Assembly (NCBI GenBank): GCA_951406725.2
Contig: OX597824.1
Location: forward strand, 7,812,001 to 7,876,000
DNA: 64,000 nucleotides
Origin: Octopus vulgaris
Lineage: Eukaryota
Direction of reading: 5' to 3'
The notes under the pieces were generated by a model. It was not told the DNA's origin. It did no database searches and saw nothing but the letters and a program-made list of their open reading frames with translations. The position numbers and the translations under genes were made by a program. Each line of letters starts with the position of its first letter. Position 1 is the stretch's first letter. Shown piece after piece: positions 1 to 14,104 of the stretch.

Positions 1-96
1 CGAAACGTAAAAGACTTTTTCTATTCCTGAGCGTTATACTAATACATCTGTTTGTTTTGTACACCACATGCCTTCGTCTTTTGTTGTTTTTTTTCG

Positions 97-170
<74 letters not shown>

Positions 171-266
171 CATGCACGAATGTATTTTGGTAGATATGTG
201 TGCGTGTGTGTTACTTTCGAAATATTGTGTTTTGTCAAAATTTCTTCCTTTTTTTTTCTTATTTAG

Positions 267-472
267 GATTTATCCCAGAGGCAAAATGTGCTACATTGAA
301 TATGTCCCAATTACAAGAATATGGTTATCGCAGCAACGAAACACATGAAATTGTCTACGAAGCATGCCAGATAAATATAAACAGTTTGGACGGCAGCGGC
401 AAGAACAAGAGTCTGGAATGCATCAATGGTTATAACTATGGCGACGAGAAATATAGCTCTGTTGTATCGGAG
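267..472 (+). CDS. SLC22-family transporter, first exon in window (extracellular loop; gene 5' end upstream)
   Basis: tttag acceptor at 265-266 and GAG|gtaaat donor. Encodes GFIPEAKC...ECINGYNYGDEKYSSVVSE, which splices in phase 0 to WDLVC, giving the SLC22 loop motif SVVSEWDLVC. Confidence 0.9.
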
Positions 473-504
473 GTAAATACATACATATAGATATACATAC
501 ATGC

Positions 505-537
<33 letters not shown>

Positions 538-539
538 TA

Positions 540-571
<32 letters not shown>

Positions 572-575
<4 letters not shown>

Positions 576-890
576 TAAGCACCGCCTTTAGTCGAGCAAA
601 TCGACCCGGGACTTATTCTTTGTAAGCCCAGTACTTATTTTATCGGTCTTTTTAGAACCGTTAAGTACGCGTAAAAAATCGGTTGTCAAGCAATGCTAGG
701 AGGAGAAACACAGACACACAAACACACAATTATATATATACATATATACGACAGGCTTCTTTCAGTTTCCGTCTACCAAATCCACTCACAAGGCATTGGT
801 CGGCCCGGGGCTATAGCATAATACACTTGCCCAAGATGCCACGCAGTGGGACTGAACTCGGAAGCTACTTACCGCACAGCCACTCCTGCG

Positions 891-892
<2 letters not shown>
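572..892 (-). mobile_element. tRNA-derived SINE, family A (internal microsatellite)
   Basis: Minus strand reads ggcgcaggagtggctgtg...gttcagtcccactgcgtggcatcttgggcaagtgt; many homologous copies in the window. Confidence 0.8.
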
Positions 893-978
<86 letters not shown>

Positions 979-1091
979 GTATGTATGTATGTATGTATGT
1001 ATGTATATATATACATATTCAAGGCTGTGCTCCAACATGGCCGCAGTCAAATGACTAAAACAAGTTGTAAAAGAGTAAAAGAATATATGTA

Positions 1092-1547
1092 CAGGGTGCG
1101 GTGAATAAACTGTCGTCTAAATTACGCAAATATATAACATATATTTACCAAAATAACGTAAAAATATCTTGAAATACTAAAAGAGTAAATTTATTCAATA
1201 AAATCGTCATTGGCTTCAACCACGGCCTCCAAACGACTTCGGAATCTCCTGCAGCTCTTCTAGGCGGTCTCCTTGTTTATGTTGGTGAATGCTGCCATAA
1301 TCCTTTGGTGTTACGAGGAGTTTTATTGGTCTCTCGCTCAACTGCGCTCCACACATAATAATCAAGGGGATTGCAGTCTGGGGAGTTAGCTTGCCAGATG
1401 TTGGGGGTGATGTGATCACAGAAATTGCCTGACAGTCAGGACTAGGTTCTCCTGCTTGTGTGGTATGGTGCAGGGTCCTGTTGCCAAACATAGGGTCTTC
1501 CAGCAGCCACCCTCCTCATCCAGGGCAGCACAACCGCCTCCAAGCAT
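1092..1547 (-). mobile_element. Tc1/mariner transposase 3' fragment with one TIR (probably DD37D/maT-like)
   Basis: TA-CAGGGTG terminus. Frameshifted YVWQQDPAPYHTS...NSPDCNPLDYYVW catalytic motifs. Confidence 0.8.
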
Positions 1548-1649
1548 TTAAAATCAGAAGCCATGAGAGTCACAGCCTGGTACTGCATCAAGGCATTTAT
1601 CATTATTATTATTATTATTATCATTATTATTATTATTATTATTATTATT

Positions 1650-2203
1650 GAGTGAGAGAGCAGTTCATGCCATCAAAGTGACACTGGGGTAAAATATACG
1701 AAGCCCAATATACCCATCATGACTACCCGTCTGATAAGGGTACACCAGGCAAATGCCTCACAACCATATGTGCGCGACATGGTGATCTTATATCAAGATA
1801 AACAGCACATGACCTTGCAGGTGGGGCCCAGTTAAAATTTTCTTCTGGTTGAGTAGCCCATCCTGCTCAAAAGGTCCCTGAATAAGGGTTGTTTAAGGAT
1901 GTTGAAAGAACCACCCATGTTTCCAGAGGTGAATTATTCAAACCCCAAAGAATCCCTCTCAACACATGGCTATGATGCTCCCCCACTACTTCTGCTCGTG
2001 ATCAGAGATGCACATATCGTCAGCCACTAAGGGACATGCTCAACTGGTTATGGTCAAACAATTGACAAGCAAATCTGTGGTATTGAGCAGAATATTTGCT
2101 GTAGCCCATCTTTTATACCAAGACAAAACAATGTACATGATAACACTTCCAGTCAGTTAAGATCAGAAGCCATGAGAGCCACTGCCTGGTACTGCATCAG
2201 GGC

Positions 2204-2206
<3 letters not shown>
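1650..2206. mobile_element. Non-coding interspersed element bounded by (TTA)n, with a second partial copy at 1548-1600
   Basis: The end atcagaagccatgagag...ctggtactgcatc..ggcattt occurs twice, each time running into (TTA)n. Confidence 0.6.
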
Positions 2207-2258
<52 letters not shown>

Positions 2259-3860
2259 GCGTTTGCACTGCTTCTAACGCTATAGATGTGCTACAGTGTC
2301 AGCTGTTCACTATCAGTGAACTAAGATTACACCTCTTATTTTTCGAGTACTTTCCGGAGTATTCGAGCGGTTCCAAGCAGTGCTGTTTTCTGCAAGTGTT
2401 CCACCCTTATTGCAGCCCCTATTTGTTCCGTGTACTTCTTAAGATTTTTACTCACTGTTCCCAGGGTTTGTATTGGGAAGTTCCAAAGGATGGTAACGCA
2501 GTCACCATTTACTACATCCTCTGGATGGTGCCTGTAACACTTATAATGGGACTTAATTTTGTAGTATTTACAAACATTCCAGTGGATGTACTACCCTAGT
2601 CTGTCATGTCTCACGAAGTACTCCTTTTCAGTGAGGACTGGGCAGCCAGAAACAACATGATCAATTGTCTCTGTGAATTTTCCACAAATTCTGCACGAGG
2701 GGTTAAATCCATCTTTAGGGACGTTTGCATGGTAGTCTCTGGTAGGTAAGCTCTTTTCTTGCGCTGCAATAACATAATCTATTTCCCCTTTCAGGCCTGT
2801 CTCTTGTAGCCACTGGTGTGTTAGATTTTGATCAATATCTGGCTTGGACAGGCGGTTAGGGTATTTTCCATGCAGAAGACGAGTTAGATCAATACGGAAA
2901 AAAGATCTCAATGCAGAAGTTTACCTTTCCAGTTGTCCTTGATACTACTCATGCAAGCCTCTTTTGCTTTTTGCTTGATGTTTTTTGCATCAGTGATAGG
3001 TTTGTCTATTTTGGTCAGTTCATTTAGTGTCCAATTAAGGATATTGTAGCTGTAACTTATAACTGGGATGTTAATACCTATTATCTTGTTTTTAGCATTG
3101 AGATCTTTCTCCGTATTGATCTAACTCGTCTATAGTATTCTTTCTTTATTTTCTCTTTCATTTGTGTGTGTTGTGTCTTATCTAGTTCATTGATTCCTAA
3201 ATATTTGTATGCCTGGCTTTGGTCTAATTCTCTTATTTCATTGACTTTATCTAGCATGATGTTACTACTCTTAACTAGTTTTCCTCTTTTCAGAGATGCT
3301 TTGGCGCATTTTTCTAATCCAAATTTCATATCTATTTCTTTGGTAAACCCATGTACTGTCTGTAGTAGTGTTTCCAACTGTTTATCATTTGTAGCGTATA
3401 TTTTTTTAGGCCATCCATATATAAAAGGTGGCTTATTGTTTTGCCGTAGCATTTGTATCCGCATCCAGTTCTATTTATCAGGTCAGATGAAGGTGTCAGT
3501 GCCGAGCAGAAAAGGAGTGGAGAGAACGTGTATCCCTGGAATATTCCTCTTTTAATGGGGATGGCTTTGGTTTTCACGAGTCCCTCTTTTGTTTGGAACT
3601 GTAGCACTGTCTGTCATTAGTCATTGAGTGTCTTATGAATCTTATAATTATTGGTGCTACCTTGTTGATGGCTAGTGTTTCAAGGATCCACGAGAGAGGA
3701 ATACTATCAAAAGCCTTTCGGTAGTCGATCCACCCAATACTGAGGCCTTTCTTCTTTTTGCGGCAGTCTTTAGTTATGGTTTTATTGATCATTAGTTGAT
3801 CTTTACAGCCATAAGAGCCATTGCAGCATCCCTTCTGCTCTTCTGGAAACAGGTTGTTTA
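2259..3860 (-). mobile_element. Decayed R4/Dong-like non-LTR retrotransposon (RT, CCHC finger) in (TAA)n
   Basis: Fragments WIDYRKAFDS, RGIFQGYTFSPLLF, ISHLLYMD, YKYLG and CRICGKFTETIDHVVSGC; TTA repeats on both sides. Confidence 0.88.
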
Positions 3861-3897
3861 TTATTAACCAGGTCGTTTATTATTATTATCCAGATGC

Positions 3898-3952
<55 letters not shown>

Positions 3953-3999
3953 CAAATGGGCTAAGAAATCTCTCAGCATACATTCAAGTATTTCAACTC

Positions 4000-4050
4000 A
4001 CGTAAACCGGTTTCTGGACTGGCATAATAGCCTCACCTTCTTCAGCACGC
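4000..4050 (-). ncRNA. Minimal type-I hammerhead ribozyme motif (PLE-type), intact core
   Basis: Minus strand: gcgtg-CTGAAGA-aggtgaggctattatgccagtcca-GAAAC-cg-GTT-tacgt. Stem I has 5 bp; stem III is the palindrome ACCGGT. Confidence 0.7.
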
Positions 4051-4800
4051 GTTCCAATGATGGAGAGCCCCAACCCGTTTGCCTTCGGATGGTTGATTCC
4101 CGTAGTTATTATCAGTGTATTCTGGCGATTTAGAGAAGAGTTTCGACTGTTATTTCCAGCAGGTAGACACACTTAGTACGTCCTTTCATTAATTTTAATC
4201 ATTCAGCTATTTAATGCTTTTTGGGGGGCCTGCATTCTTTTTTACCTGAGTAAATATTAAAATAAATACCAGGCATGTTCTGGAATCCGTTCATCCTGAT
4301 AAATGCATTGAAATATTTTGACACTCCTGTTGACGAGTTAAGATCAAAACCTGCAGAAAGAATAAATTACCCTTTGACGTTATCTGCATAACACAAGAAA
4401 TATTTAAAATAATTACGGCTGGCATAGAAAATGTTGCGATGACAAAAAAGAGAATTGAATGTTGGACTACAATTTCCAATATATTCTTTTAAGAAAAAAT
4501 GGTAAAAATATTTGGCAGAAATATGGCTGCTACGTCTAGTACGTCGACCGACTGTAGACCTTCCCTCATTATGTGACGGACATGTGGTGCTCTTAAACCA
4601 AGAATTGGGTTTCCTCACCGCATACATATTTCTGACTATATTTTAGATATTCACAACACTAAATATATTAACTTTATGATTCCCATACAGGTTTAGCTAT
4701 TAAAAACAAATTAGCAGATTTTAAAAAATTAATCAATCACTGTGGTTACAATATTGTACTCCTGCTCATTTACCTCGGACAAGTTAAACGCTGTCTATGT

Positions 4801-4841
4801 TTCGCTGATGAGGTCATAATAAGATCAAAACACGGTCTGAG
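4801..4841 (+). ncRNA. Degenerate hammerhead motif (GAAA changed to AAAA)
   Basis: ttcg-CTGATGA-ggtc ataataa gatc-AAAAC-acg-GTC-tgag. Confidence 0.5.
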
Positions 4842-5473
4842 CTGATACCCATAATTGTCGAAATGAGTAAATTATTAGTCGTTGAGCCGACGTCTTTTCC
4901 TCATTACATAATTATATCAAAATAACTTCTTTTCTGCTCCTCATATCAATTATATTTTAACTACATCCCAAAGATTTGCCATTATGTCTAATTCTTCATC
5001 ACCAGAACACATCGTCCCACAGGAATATTTTTCCTGCTTAGGTCCTTTCTGCAGGTATTGACACACAACAGAACATTGATGATATTAATCTTATCATTCT
5101 CGTACAGAGGAGGGTCTACAAACGTTATGAACTTTGCCCCTTTATTCAGACACAGCAAGGAAACAAAATAGAACAAAAAAATCTGTTGCTTTTATATGAA
5201 TGGAACCTCAGAGTAATTTACAATTGTGATTCTTTTCTTTAATAAAGGCTTTAATTACAATGTTTTGTATTACTAAGTAAATAATGCTAATCTTTGGTTC
5301 TTTCTTAAGGAATCGTACATAGTTGGAGAAACAGGACATAAAAGTTCAAAGAACACCCTTGAATGAGCCTGTTTTTAAGGGGAATTAGGAAATACAGATT
5401 TTAACACCTTCCCAAATCAAGTTCCTTCCATTCTCTTTATTTGTGTTCTATATATGTTCCACTTCCATTTCAG

Positions 5474-5704
5474 TGGGATCTCGTCTGCGACAAAGCTGGT
5501 CTGGCTGAACTCACCCAAACTCTATTTGCCGTTGGAGGCGTGGTTGGTTCCTTAAGCATGCCTTACTTTTCAGATACAAGAGGACGCAAACCTATTTTGG
5601 TGTTGAGTGGCATCCTTACTCTAATCGTCAGCGTCGGATCATCATTTTCTCCAAATTATATTGTATTTACAGTATTACGGGGACTTGAAGGCATTTTTAT
5701 TCAG
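5474..5704 (+). CDS. SLC22 transporter exon (WDLVC, TM2-TM4)
   Basis: tttcag|TGG ... CAG|gtaaag. Encodes WDLVCDKAGLAELTQ...SDTRGRKP (MFS motif A)...TVLRGLEGIFIQ. Confidence 0.95.
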
Positions 5705-6785
5705 GTAAAGTATTAACATTTTCCACATCCTGTTGTGTGTGTATGCGTAGGATCTTCAAGAGAGCAGTTCGGTAGTTACATAGAACCGGAGCCGGTAGCG
5801 CTTAAGGCTACGGACGGATGTAACCGTCAAAATAATGTCGAACATCATTATTTAAAATCATGATTCACAAAGAGCTTCTAACTTTTCCCTACTTTTATTA
5901 CAATATTATTGTATCATTCATATGATATCATTTTCCTTTCCTACTTGTTTTTAGGCAGGACAGGGCTCAGCATATTAAGACCCTCGGATTAAATTTGGTT
6001 CGCTTCCTCATTTGTAATGATACTATACATTTTTTCTTTATTACCGATCAATAAAATTCAGTGTGAAAAATAGCGCAAAAATATCATACTGTCAGTGGTT
6101 TTGCTTGAATCAATGTTTTGACTAAATAAAAAGCAAATGAGATTACTTCACTTGTTAAATATGATAAGATTCTTGACATATTTAATAAGTGAAGTATTTC
6201 ATACCCATAAAGAAATTGTACATCCGAGAAAGAGGGCTTTATACGATGTTACAATAAAGTTAACACGAATAGATGACTGAGAAAGCATGGAAGATGACAA
6301 AGTCTGTTAAAGAAAACAGGTAAACTGGCTGCTAGCTCGTTTACCCCACAAATCTCAGGTGGATCTATTCAGATTAGAAATGCTTTAACTCTTCATCGTA
6401 CGTCGTGTCAAACATAGCAGATACGAATTTTAAATCCTTAAACGAGTTGTGATATCATTATTACAACCGGTAATATCTAAAATTTAAAAAAAAGTCATTC
6501 AGGTACCTTGTATGATCATAGTTCCTATTTAAAAAATTTTTTATTCCCCTTGGCCCACTTGACAAAAACACTTTCAATCTGTCTAGCCACTAAAAATGTA
6601 GCTTACATTTTTTTCCTAGTGTGAGTAAAATTAATATCTTGTTCAATATAAAATATATTGATAGCCATGGCTGATATAGTTACATTGTCTCCTACTACAC
6701 AGCCATGCCTTCACCTATTATTATTATTATTATTGTTGTTGTTGTTGTCGTCGTCGTCGTCATCGTCGTCGTTGTTCCTGTTGTA

Positions 6786-6835
<50 letters not shown>

Positions 6836-6846
6836 CATTATTATTA

Positions 6847-8239
6847 GCAACTACGGAGGTGGCTACAACTCCACCACCACCATCAATAATGATACTCCTT
6901 TCGCCGGCGCCTCCGCCTCGAAAGAACTCTTTGCCTTCTCCCTAGAGGACAAAGCCTCTAAATTGGCGAACACGGCGGGTGGGGAGCTGAGCTATCACCA
7001 CCGCCGGAAACGCTAGCTACCACAGCCAGGAAAACAGTGACGTACCGCTGTATTAACCGTATATCGAAACGGCAACGAGTGCCCAGATAAAAAAAAAGGG
7101 CCCTTTCACGGTATATGTCAAGACATCGGTCATATATCGATGGCAAAGCAGTTCGGCGGGGTGAAACTTTTATTTAAAACTGAGGCCCTGACTATTCAAC
7201 AGTCTGTAGCCGCCTGCTGCAACGATGAATTCGTGCTCTTCTCTACGTATATAGGAAGAAGGGCGGTAAATATTAACGTACAGGGGGTGCCACCAGAATT
7301 AGATCTGTGGTGGATACTCGCTTGTGTGGTAATCAATGAAAGTGGTATTCTCCTAGATGTCAAGATATCAAGGAGAGAGAACTGGACAGGGATCACACTG
7401 GAGATGCTTCTCCAGACCAGCTGGAGTGGATCCCTGACCTGATCTCCCTGCCGAATGGAACTGAGTTGAGAGTGGTTGTAGAGGGCAGACGTCCGAGATG
7501 CCATGTCTATGGCATGACAAATCATTTACGGTCGTTCTGTCCACACAAGAAAAGCAAGAGAGAAGAGAGGAGGGCCCCCATCATCGTTGTCACACCCATT
7601 GTCACAACAACAACATGTACAGGAAAATTAAAAAAGAGTGGAGCAACATCATCATCTCAAGACAGAACCACGCCGGCGGAAGGACCGGCAGCAGCAGCAA
7701 CAGCAGCAGTAACAACAGCCCCGACAGCACCACGATCACCGTCGCAATCAAAATGGACAAATACTTCAAAAGAGAGGACCACCCAGGGCTTTCCCCAACC
7801 CAGCCCTCCATCGCCCTCTCTCTCAAACACACACTCACACATAGACGGCCACAGAAACACAAGCACTCACTCACCCTTATCGGGGACGGATTCATACATT
7901 CCGATTCCTACACATTTCGAAGTTATGAGGAAGGACAAGGAAAGCCACAAAAATCAAAACGAAAGCGCCGGAGAAAAACATTCGGCCCTCACACCAACAC
8001 AAACATCGGACAACACAAAAAGTGGACACACAACAGACACAGTCACACAGACAACAAGCCCCACCTGCACCACAACATTTAGTACAACAAAAGCTACCAC
8101 TACCAGCACAACCTCCCTCGCCCCCCACCAAAGAAAACTTTCTGAAGAACTGCTAAATTCTCAAACCCCGAATTTTGTGCTAATGAGGAGAGCAAATAAA
8201 AACTTCATCATCATCATAGCCCGAAATAGAGAAAGAGAG

Positions 8240-8304
<65 letters not shown>

Positions 8305-10158
8305 TAGGAGCAATACATGACACTATCACTCTTAAAGTGCTGGAAGAACTGTTGTTAGTGGTATACCACTAACAACTTACAAAGCCATTCGGGACGTCTT
8401 CCGACACGATGCTGGAACCCTAATATAATAGCATCCAAAAGACTTTTAAAGGGATTCCCAGAGAAACTACAACCAGATCTGGAAGTCAGGCTATCCGGCC
8501 ACCAACAGCGCCGGCAGGGTAAGTAACCTCGCTCTTTTTCTTTCTTGCAGCTATTTTCCGGTCGGCATGTGAATGATTAAAGGGGGCTCTGTAAATGTTC
8601 GTGGCCTGGGGTAATCCTGGAAGCAAGGTCACCACTCAACGACCTCAAGTCACTATCTATAGACGTGAAAACCGTCAGCGAAACCAGAATTTCCGACACA
8701 TGCGTCTAACCCCCATTTTTGGTCTGGAATGGAGGGTGGAGCGACAGTGCTGTTTAGGAAAGGCCTGGATCTCGAGGTGCGGACGATCTTCCTGGACCCG
8801 GAAGTTAAGTTGGCGGTCCTGGACATGAGTAACAGCGAAGGTGGTGCTTTCAAACTAGTCGCTGTGGACGCCCCAACTGGGGCAAGGCAGCCAGATTTCT
8901 TCAGACGTTTGGCGATTTTCCTTGAGACATCCCGCTCTTTAGTTCTAGTGGGCTGTTAGAACGCCATTATGGATGCACTCCTGGATAGGGTGAGACAAGC
9001 CGATAAGAGTGAGAGTGCAAAAGCCTCACAAACTTAGTCGTTTCCAATTGGCTGACAGGTACCGACTGGATTTCTTGAGTGCGCCAAAGTGGCCATAGGC
9101 AAACAGCAAAGATTAATCAGGACAATTCGGTGGGAGCAAAGCTCGGCACCTGGAGAGGCTGCTTCATGCAAACCGCTAGCGTTGTAGGGTGTGTTAAATT
9201 GCTCGGGGTCTGGTTTGGTCCGGACCACCAGATGGACAAGAACAGGGGGAGGTGACGAGTAGTGTGGCCAGTCTCACCTAAAAATGGGCAGAGAGTAAGC
9301 TGTCCCTGAAAGGTCGGACGGAGGTGGCGAATGCATACATCGTTTCCATCATCTACTGCCGCCTGACCGTCGTCCCCACCTAGCCTCGCTTTCTCTTCCA
9401 TTTTCTGTGGAAGGGACGTGTTCTGCTGTCAACAACCACTGAGTGGAGGACTGGGCATGCCGTGGCTAATGATGCGCAGATACGCTGAGGCTGCAACATC
9501 TCCAGCGTTTTGTTAGCGGTGAGCAGATGAGGCCACCGTTTCTCACACTGGATTTTCCGAAGCTCGTCTTATTGACGGAGCTACAGTCCTGGATCAAACA
9601 TAAACCAAGAAAGATGTGCTCGGTAGAAGTTCCACTATGAAGTTCTATAGGAGATTAGTGGAGGGAAAGAGCGACGATGTCATCGGGAGAAACTCTGGGC
9701 GTCAGGAGGGATCAATTAGCTGGTCTTTTCCAGAAGACTTTCGGGCCGGGGCCTATGCATTATTTCCAGAAATCTCTGGCCTGGCAATGATACCAGGGAG
9801 CTCTGCCGGTTCGAGACAATCTCTACAGATACGGAAGTGCTGTCAGAGATATGTGCAACGCGATGAAACCGTCTTGCATGCCCTCGTCTACTGACTTCTG
9901 GAACTTTGTCGAACAGCTGTTGACGCGTGTAGGACGGATTCGGTTATTAGCTGAGTCCATCGTGAATATCGGTTTGGGGTCTCTCGGTTGTCCCTGTGAG
10001 GAACTCCCCACTTCGAGAATTTTTATTGTTTAACTGTATTGTTAATTGTCATTGTTATTTAATTGTTTACTCTATTTTTGTGCTAAGCCCCACGTGTCCC
10101 TAGTTTTGTATTGTCCCTATTTGTTTTGTGTTCGGCCCTTGTGGCCAATAAAGAAACG

Positions 10159-10160
<2 letters not shown>
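6847..10160 (+). mobile_element. Decayed Tx1/L1-clade LINE (ORF1 with zinc knuckle, deleted ORF2) in (ATT)n
   Basis: ORF1 has CHVYGMTNHLRSFC. ORF2 has VNVRGL and GGATVLFRKG (APE) and KLLGVWFG (RT thumb). AATAAA precedes an (ATT)n tail, and (ATT)n also flanks the 5' side. Confidence 0.85.
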
Positions 10161-10606
<446 letters not shown>

Positions 10607-10739
10607 TTGTAGACGATATTTTCTGTTTGGTCGAAACAACAGCCGTTTCGAATCCTGCTCGAGACTGACACACTTCAATAACTACTAAATAATCACACAC
10701 ACTATATACCCTGACACACACTTTTTCCATTTTATTTTC

Positions 10740-11354
10740 GCTATTAACCGTCCTCGTGACATCTTTCGTATCTACGGACACGAACTGTACGATAAAAATC
10801 CAGAGTTACTCATGGTCGGTGAATTTTAAATAAAAATACGAAGTTCGTTTATCGAATCAAAAATCAATATCCACAAAATAATTATACTTTCTGGTTTTTT
10901 AATGCTAAAAACCGTTTTTGTAATCCCGAAAAATATCATGACCATTGGTCCAGCCGTCTGGCCGTGAAGAGGGAACAGGCAAAGAGAGGACAGACGGACA
11001 GACAGACGGACATAACACTCATTATATTAAAGATAGTAAATCTACCCAACTACCATGGGAAATAAAGGGATGGTATTGCAAATCTAAGTCCTCTAAATTC
11101 ACGAACTATATGGGGGTGGAAATCCAGAGTTAATCCTCATCACCAGAATTTTAACAAAAAAAAATCAAAGGTGATTTATTGATACAAAACTCGATATCCA
11201 CTTAATAATCATACTTTTTTTTACATTTCTTTCGCTAAAAACCTTCCTGATTAGCTCCTTCGTAATCCCGAAAAACATTGTAACCATTGGTCCGGCCGTT
11301 TGACCGTGGAAAGGGAATAGACAGACAGACGGACATAACACCCATTATAGTAAG

Positions 11355-11356
<2 letters not shown>
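10740..11356 (-). mobile_element. Non-autonomous Helitron-like element with a duplicated 5' part
   Basis: Two related blocks (accattggtcc.gccgt.tg.ccgtg...cagacggacataacac.cattata) ending in aagat, which is an A|TC 5' end on the minus strand. Confidence 0.55.
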
Positions 11357-11414
<58 letters not shown>

Positions 11415-11434
11415 ATCATCATCATTATTATTAA

Positions 11435-11650
11435 AGGCGGTGAGCTAGCAGAATCGTTAAGCACGCTGGACGAAAAGCTTAGCAGTATTTCGCCCGTCGC
11501 TACGTTCCGAGTTCAAATTTCGCCGAGGTCGACTTTGCCTTTCATCCTTTCGGGATCGATAAATTAAGTACCAGTTGTGTACTGGGGTCGTTCTAATCGA
11601 CTGGCCCCCTCCGCCAAAATTTCAAGCCTTGTGCCTATGATAGAAAGGAC
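11435..11650 (+). mobile_element. tRNA-derived SINE, family B
   Basis: ggcggtgagctagcagaatcgtta...gagttcaaat (B box)...gcctttcatcctttcggg.tcgataaa. Confidence 0.82.
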
Positions 11651-11696
11651 TATTGTTATTATCATTATTATTATTTATCTATTTATTTATTCATAG

Positions 11697-11899
11697 GGCC
11701 TCTCAGTATCTTGTTTTACAATAATGCTGGAGCATTTTCCCGTCTCTAGCAAGACCCTAATGTGCGGCTTGACCGGTGTCGTGTGGGGTTCGTGTGTCGT
11801 GCCATTCGGTCCAATTGCTTACTTGTTTCGAAACTACAACTGGAGAATAAATAACATCGTCTTCTCAGCCACACACGCCATTGTTTTCTTTCAATTCTG
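11697..11899 (+). CDS. SLC22 transporter exon (TM4-TM6), not in the ORF track
   Basis: catag|GGC ... TG|gtaaga. Encodes GLSVSCFTIMLEHFPVSSK...AYLFRNYNWR...FFQFW; phases 0/2 fit both neighbours. Confidence 0.92.
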
Positions 11900-12029
11900 G
11901 TAAGATTTGATTTCTAATGTTTTTGTTTTATTTTCTGTTTTCTTTTCTTTCTTTTTTTCTCAGTCGTTTTTTGCTGTTAGTTACGCTTTCTTCATATTAC
12001 TGCTGCTGCTGTTGCTATTGATGCTGTTG

Positions 12030-12395
12030 ATGTTGAGCGGACGGTCTTCGTCCCAGAGCTCGCAAGATGGGACGAAACGTGGTCCTTTGCTATTCGTAAG
12101 ACCCGCAGAAGAGAAAGCAGGTCAACCCCCGACACCGAGAGCATCGACGGATGGATGAATGCGCATCCAGGCTCAGCGGTTGCGTAGGAAGTCGGGGACA
12201 GGAAACAGGAAGAAAGAGTGAGAGAAAGTTGGAGCGAAAGAGTACAACAGGGGTCGCCACCACCCCCTGCCGGAGCCTCGTGAAGCTTTTAGGTGTTTTC
12301 GCTCAACAAACACACACAACGCCCGGTCTGGGAATCGAAACTGCGATCCTCCGACCGCGAGTCTGCTGCCCTAACCACTGGGCCATTGCGCCTCC
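12030..12395 (-). mobile_element. tRNA-derived SINE, family C (tail type 1)
   Basis: Minus strand head ggcgcaatggcccagtggttagggcagcag...gtttcgattccc (A and B boxes). Confidence 0.85.
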
Positions 12396-12427
12396 ACTAC
12401 TGCTGCTGCCACTACTAATACTACTAA

Positions 12428-12730
12428 TTGGCACTCCGTCGGTTATGACGAGAGTTCCAGTCTGCTCGTAAAATTAACTTGCAAGTGGCTGAGTACTCCA
12501 CAGACATGTGTACCCTTAACATAGTTCTCAGGGAGATTCACCATGACAACGAATCTGACAATGCTGGCCCCTTTTGAAATACTGGTACTACAGATTTTTG
12601 CCAGCTGAGTGGATTGGAGCAATGTGAAATAAAGCGTCTTGCTCAAGGATACAATGCGCTGCCGGGGATTGAACTCACGAACTTACGATCATGAGCCGAA
12701 TACCATAACCTGTAAGCCACGCGCCTTCAC
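12428..12730 (-). mobile_element. tRNA-derived SINE, family D (CORE-like)
   Basis: Minus strand gaaggcgcgtggctta...gagttcaatccc...tccttgagcaagacgcttta. A related tail lies at about 16325-16470. Confidence 0.75.
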
Positions 12731-13143
12731 CAAGTGCTATTACTACTAATAATAATACTTGTCATCTTAACAGTATCATAAGCCCCAGTCAGATCAATGC
12801 ATTCGGTCCTACAGCATTTATTGACAGCAAACCACAGCATACATTCATCATAACTGCCCCCAGACCCTTGAAAATGCAGCAGCAACAGTGCTTGTGCTGC
12901 TACTGCTGCTGCTGTTACTGCTGCTGCTACTTCCTGTTGCTGCCGTTTCAGTCTAGCACCCTTACTGCAACCCCTGCTGTTGCTAAGTTTTGCCTCTCCT
13001 TTGTCCTTCTCTTATTTCTTTATAATTTTATCTTTATTGTTCTTCATCTCGAAAAATAAACATTTTCATTCTTTCATTCACTCATTTACTTATTCATTCA
13101 TTCTCTTATTCTTTCATTTTTTTTTTTTTACCTCAATAAACAG

Positions 13144-13425
13144 GTTCCTTGAGGAATCTTTAAGATGGGTGGTGACAAATGGTTTCGTGGAACGATCGAA
13201 GAAAATCATCAAAAGAGCCGCCAAGTACAACGGTGTCGATTTTGATCGTGTCTGGGGAAATAACTTGATGTCATCTTTGATTCCATTAATGAGCACCGGA
13301 AACAGGAAAGGGACCCCTTCGAAAGAGGACTTGACTCAACAAGCTGAGATCAAAGAAGAAGGATTCCACACAATTTTTCAAGATCCCTTGGCTAGAAGAA
13401 TTACCATAATCATATTCCTTATAGG
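13144..13425 (+). CDS. SLC22 transporter exon (large cytoplasmic loop)
   Basis: acag|G ... GG|gtaagt. Encodes FLEESLRWV (PESPRW-like)...IIKRAAKYNG...ITIIIFLIG. Confidence 0.93.
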
Positions 13426-13457
13426 GTAAGTTTATGCAAAATTCTGTTGCATTTGTT

Positions 13458-13507
<50 letters not shown>

Positions 13508-14059
13508 CATACATACATACATACATACATACATACATACATACATACATACATACATACGTGCATACATGTGCGTATGTGTGTATGTGTGTGCGTGTGT
13601 GTGCGTGCGTGCATACGTTGGTTTATGACGGAGGGTGAAAAGGGAGTGTTCCATACATCTAGAAAATATAGTTTCCTTTTATATTGAGAGTGAAACAGAG
13701 TTGGTCACATGAGACAATTTCATGTATCTGCGATCTTTAGGCGGGGATATTGCCTCCAATACTTACACATACACACACGCACGCGCACACACATAAATTA
13801 TATATATATATATACATATACTTATATATGCATATCAACATATATATACACACACATGCACACATATATATATAATGAGTGGGAAAATACTCCACGCTGG
13901 ACTATGAATGAAGTCTGTATGATATATGTTTGTTTCTGCATCGTTACACTTCATAAGTTACAGACACTGAATCCATAGGTCATTGACCATCACTGCTAAG
14001 TGCGTTGCTAGTTAACCAATTCCAGCTTTACGAAGCTTACAATAGCAAATTTATTATAT

Positions 14060-14104
14060 CTATAGCTGACGATGTGCAACAACGCAGAAACGCATATCCT
14101 ACAG
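14060..14104 (+). ncRNA. Hammerhead motif with a stem III mismatch
   Basis: ctatag-CTGACGA-tgtg caacaa cgca-GAAAC-gcat-ATC-ctacag. Confidence 0.55.

Noticed and set aside
1-100. Possible 3' half of a PLE hammerhead (cGAAACGTA) at the window edge
   Set aside because: The CUGANGA half would lie outside the window, so it cannot be verified.
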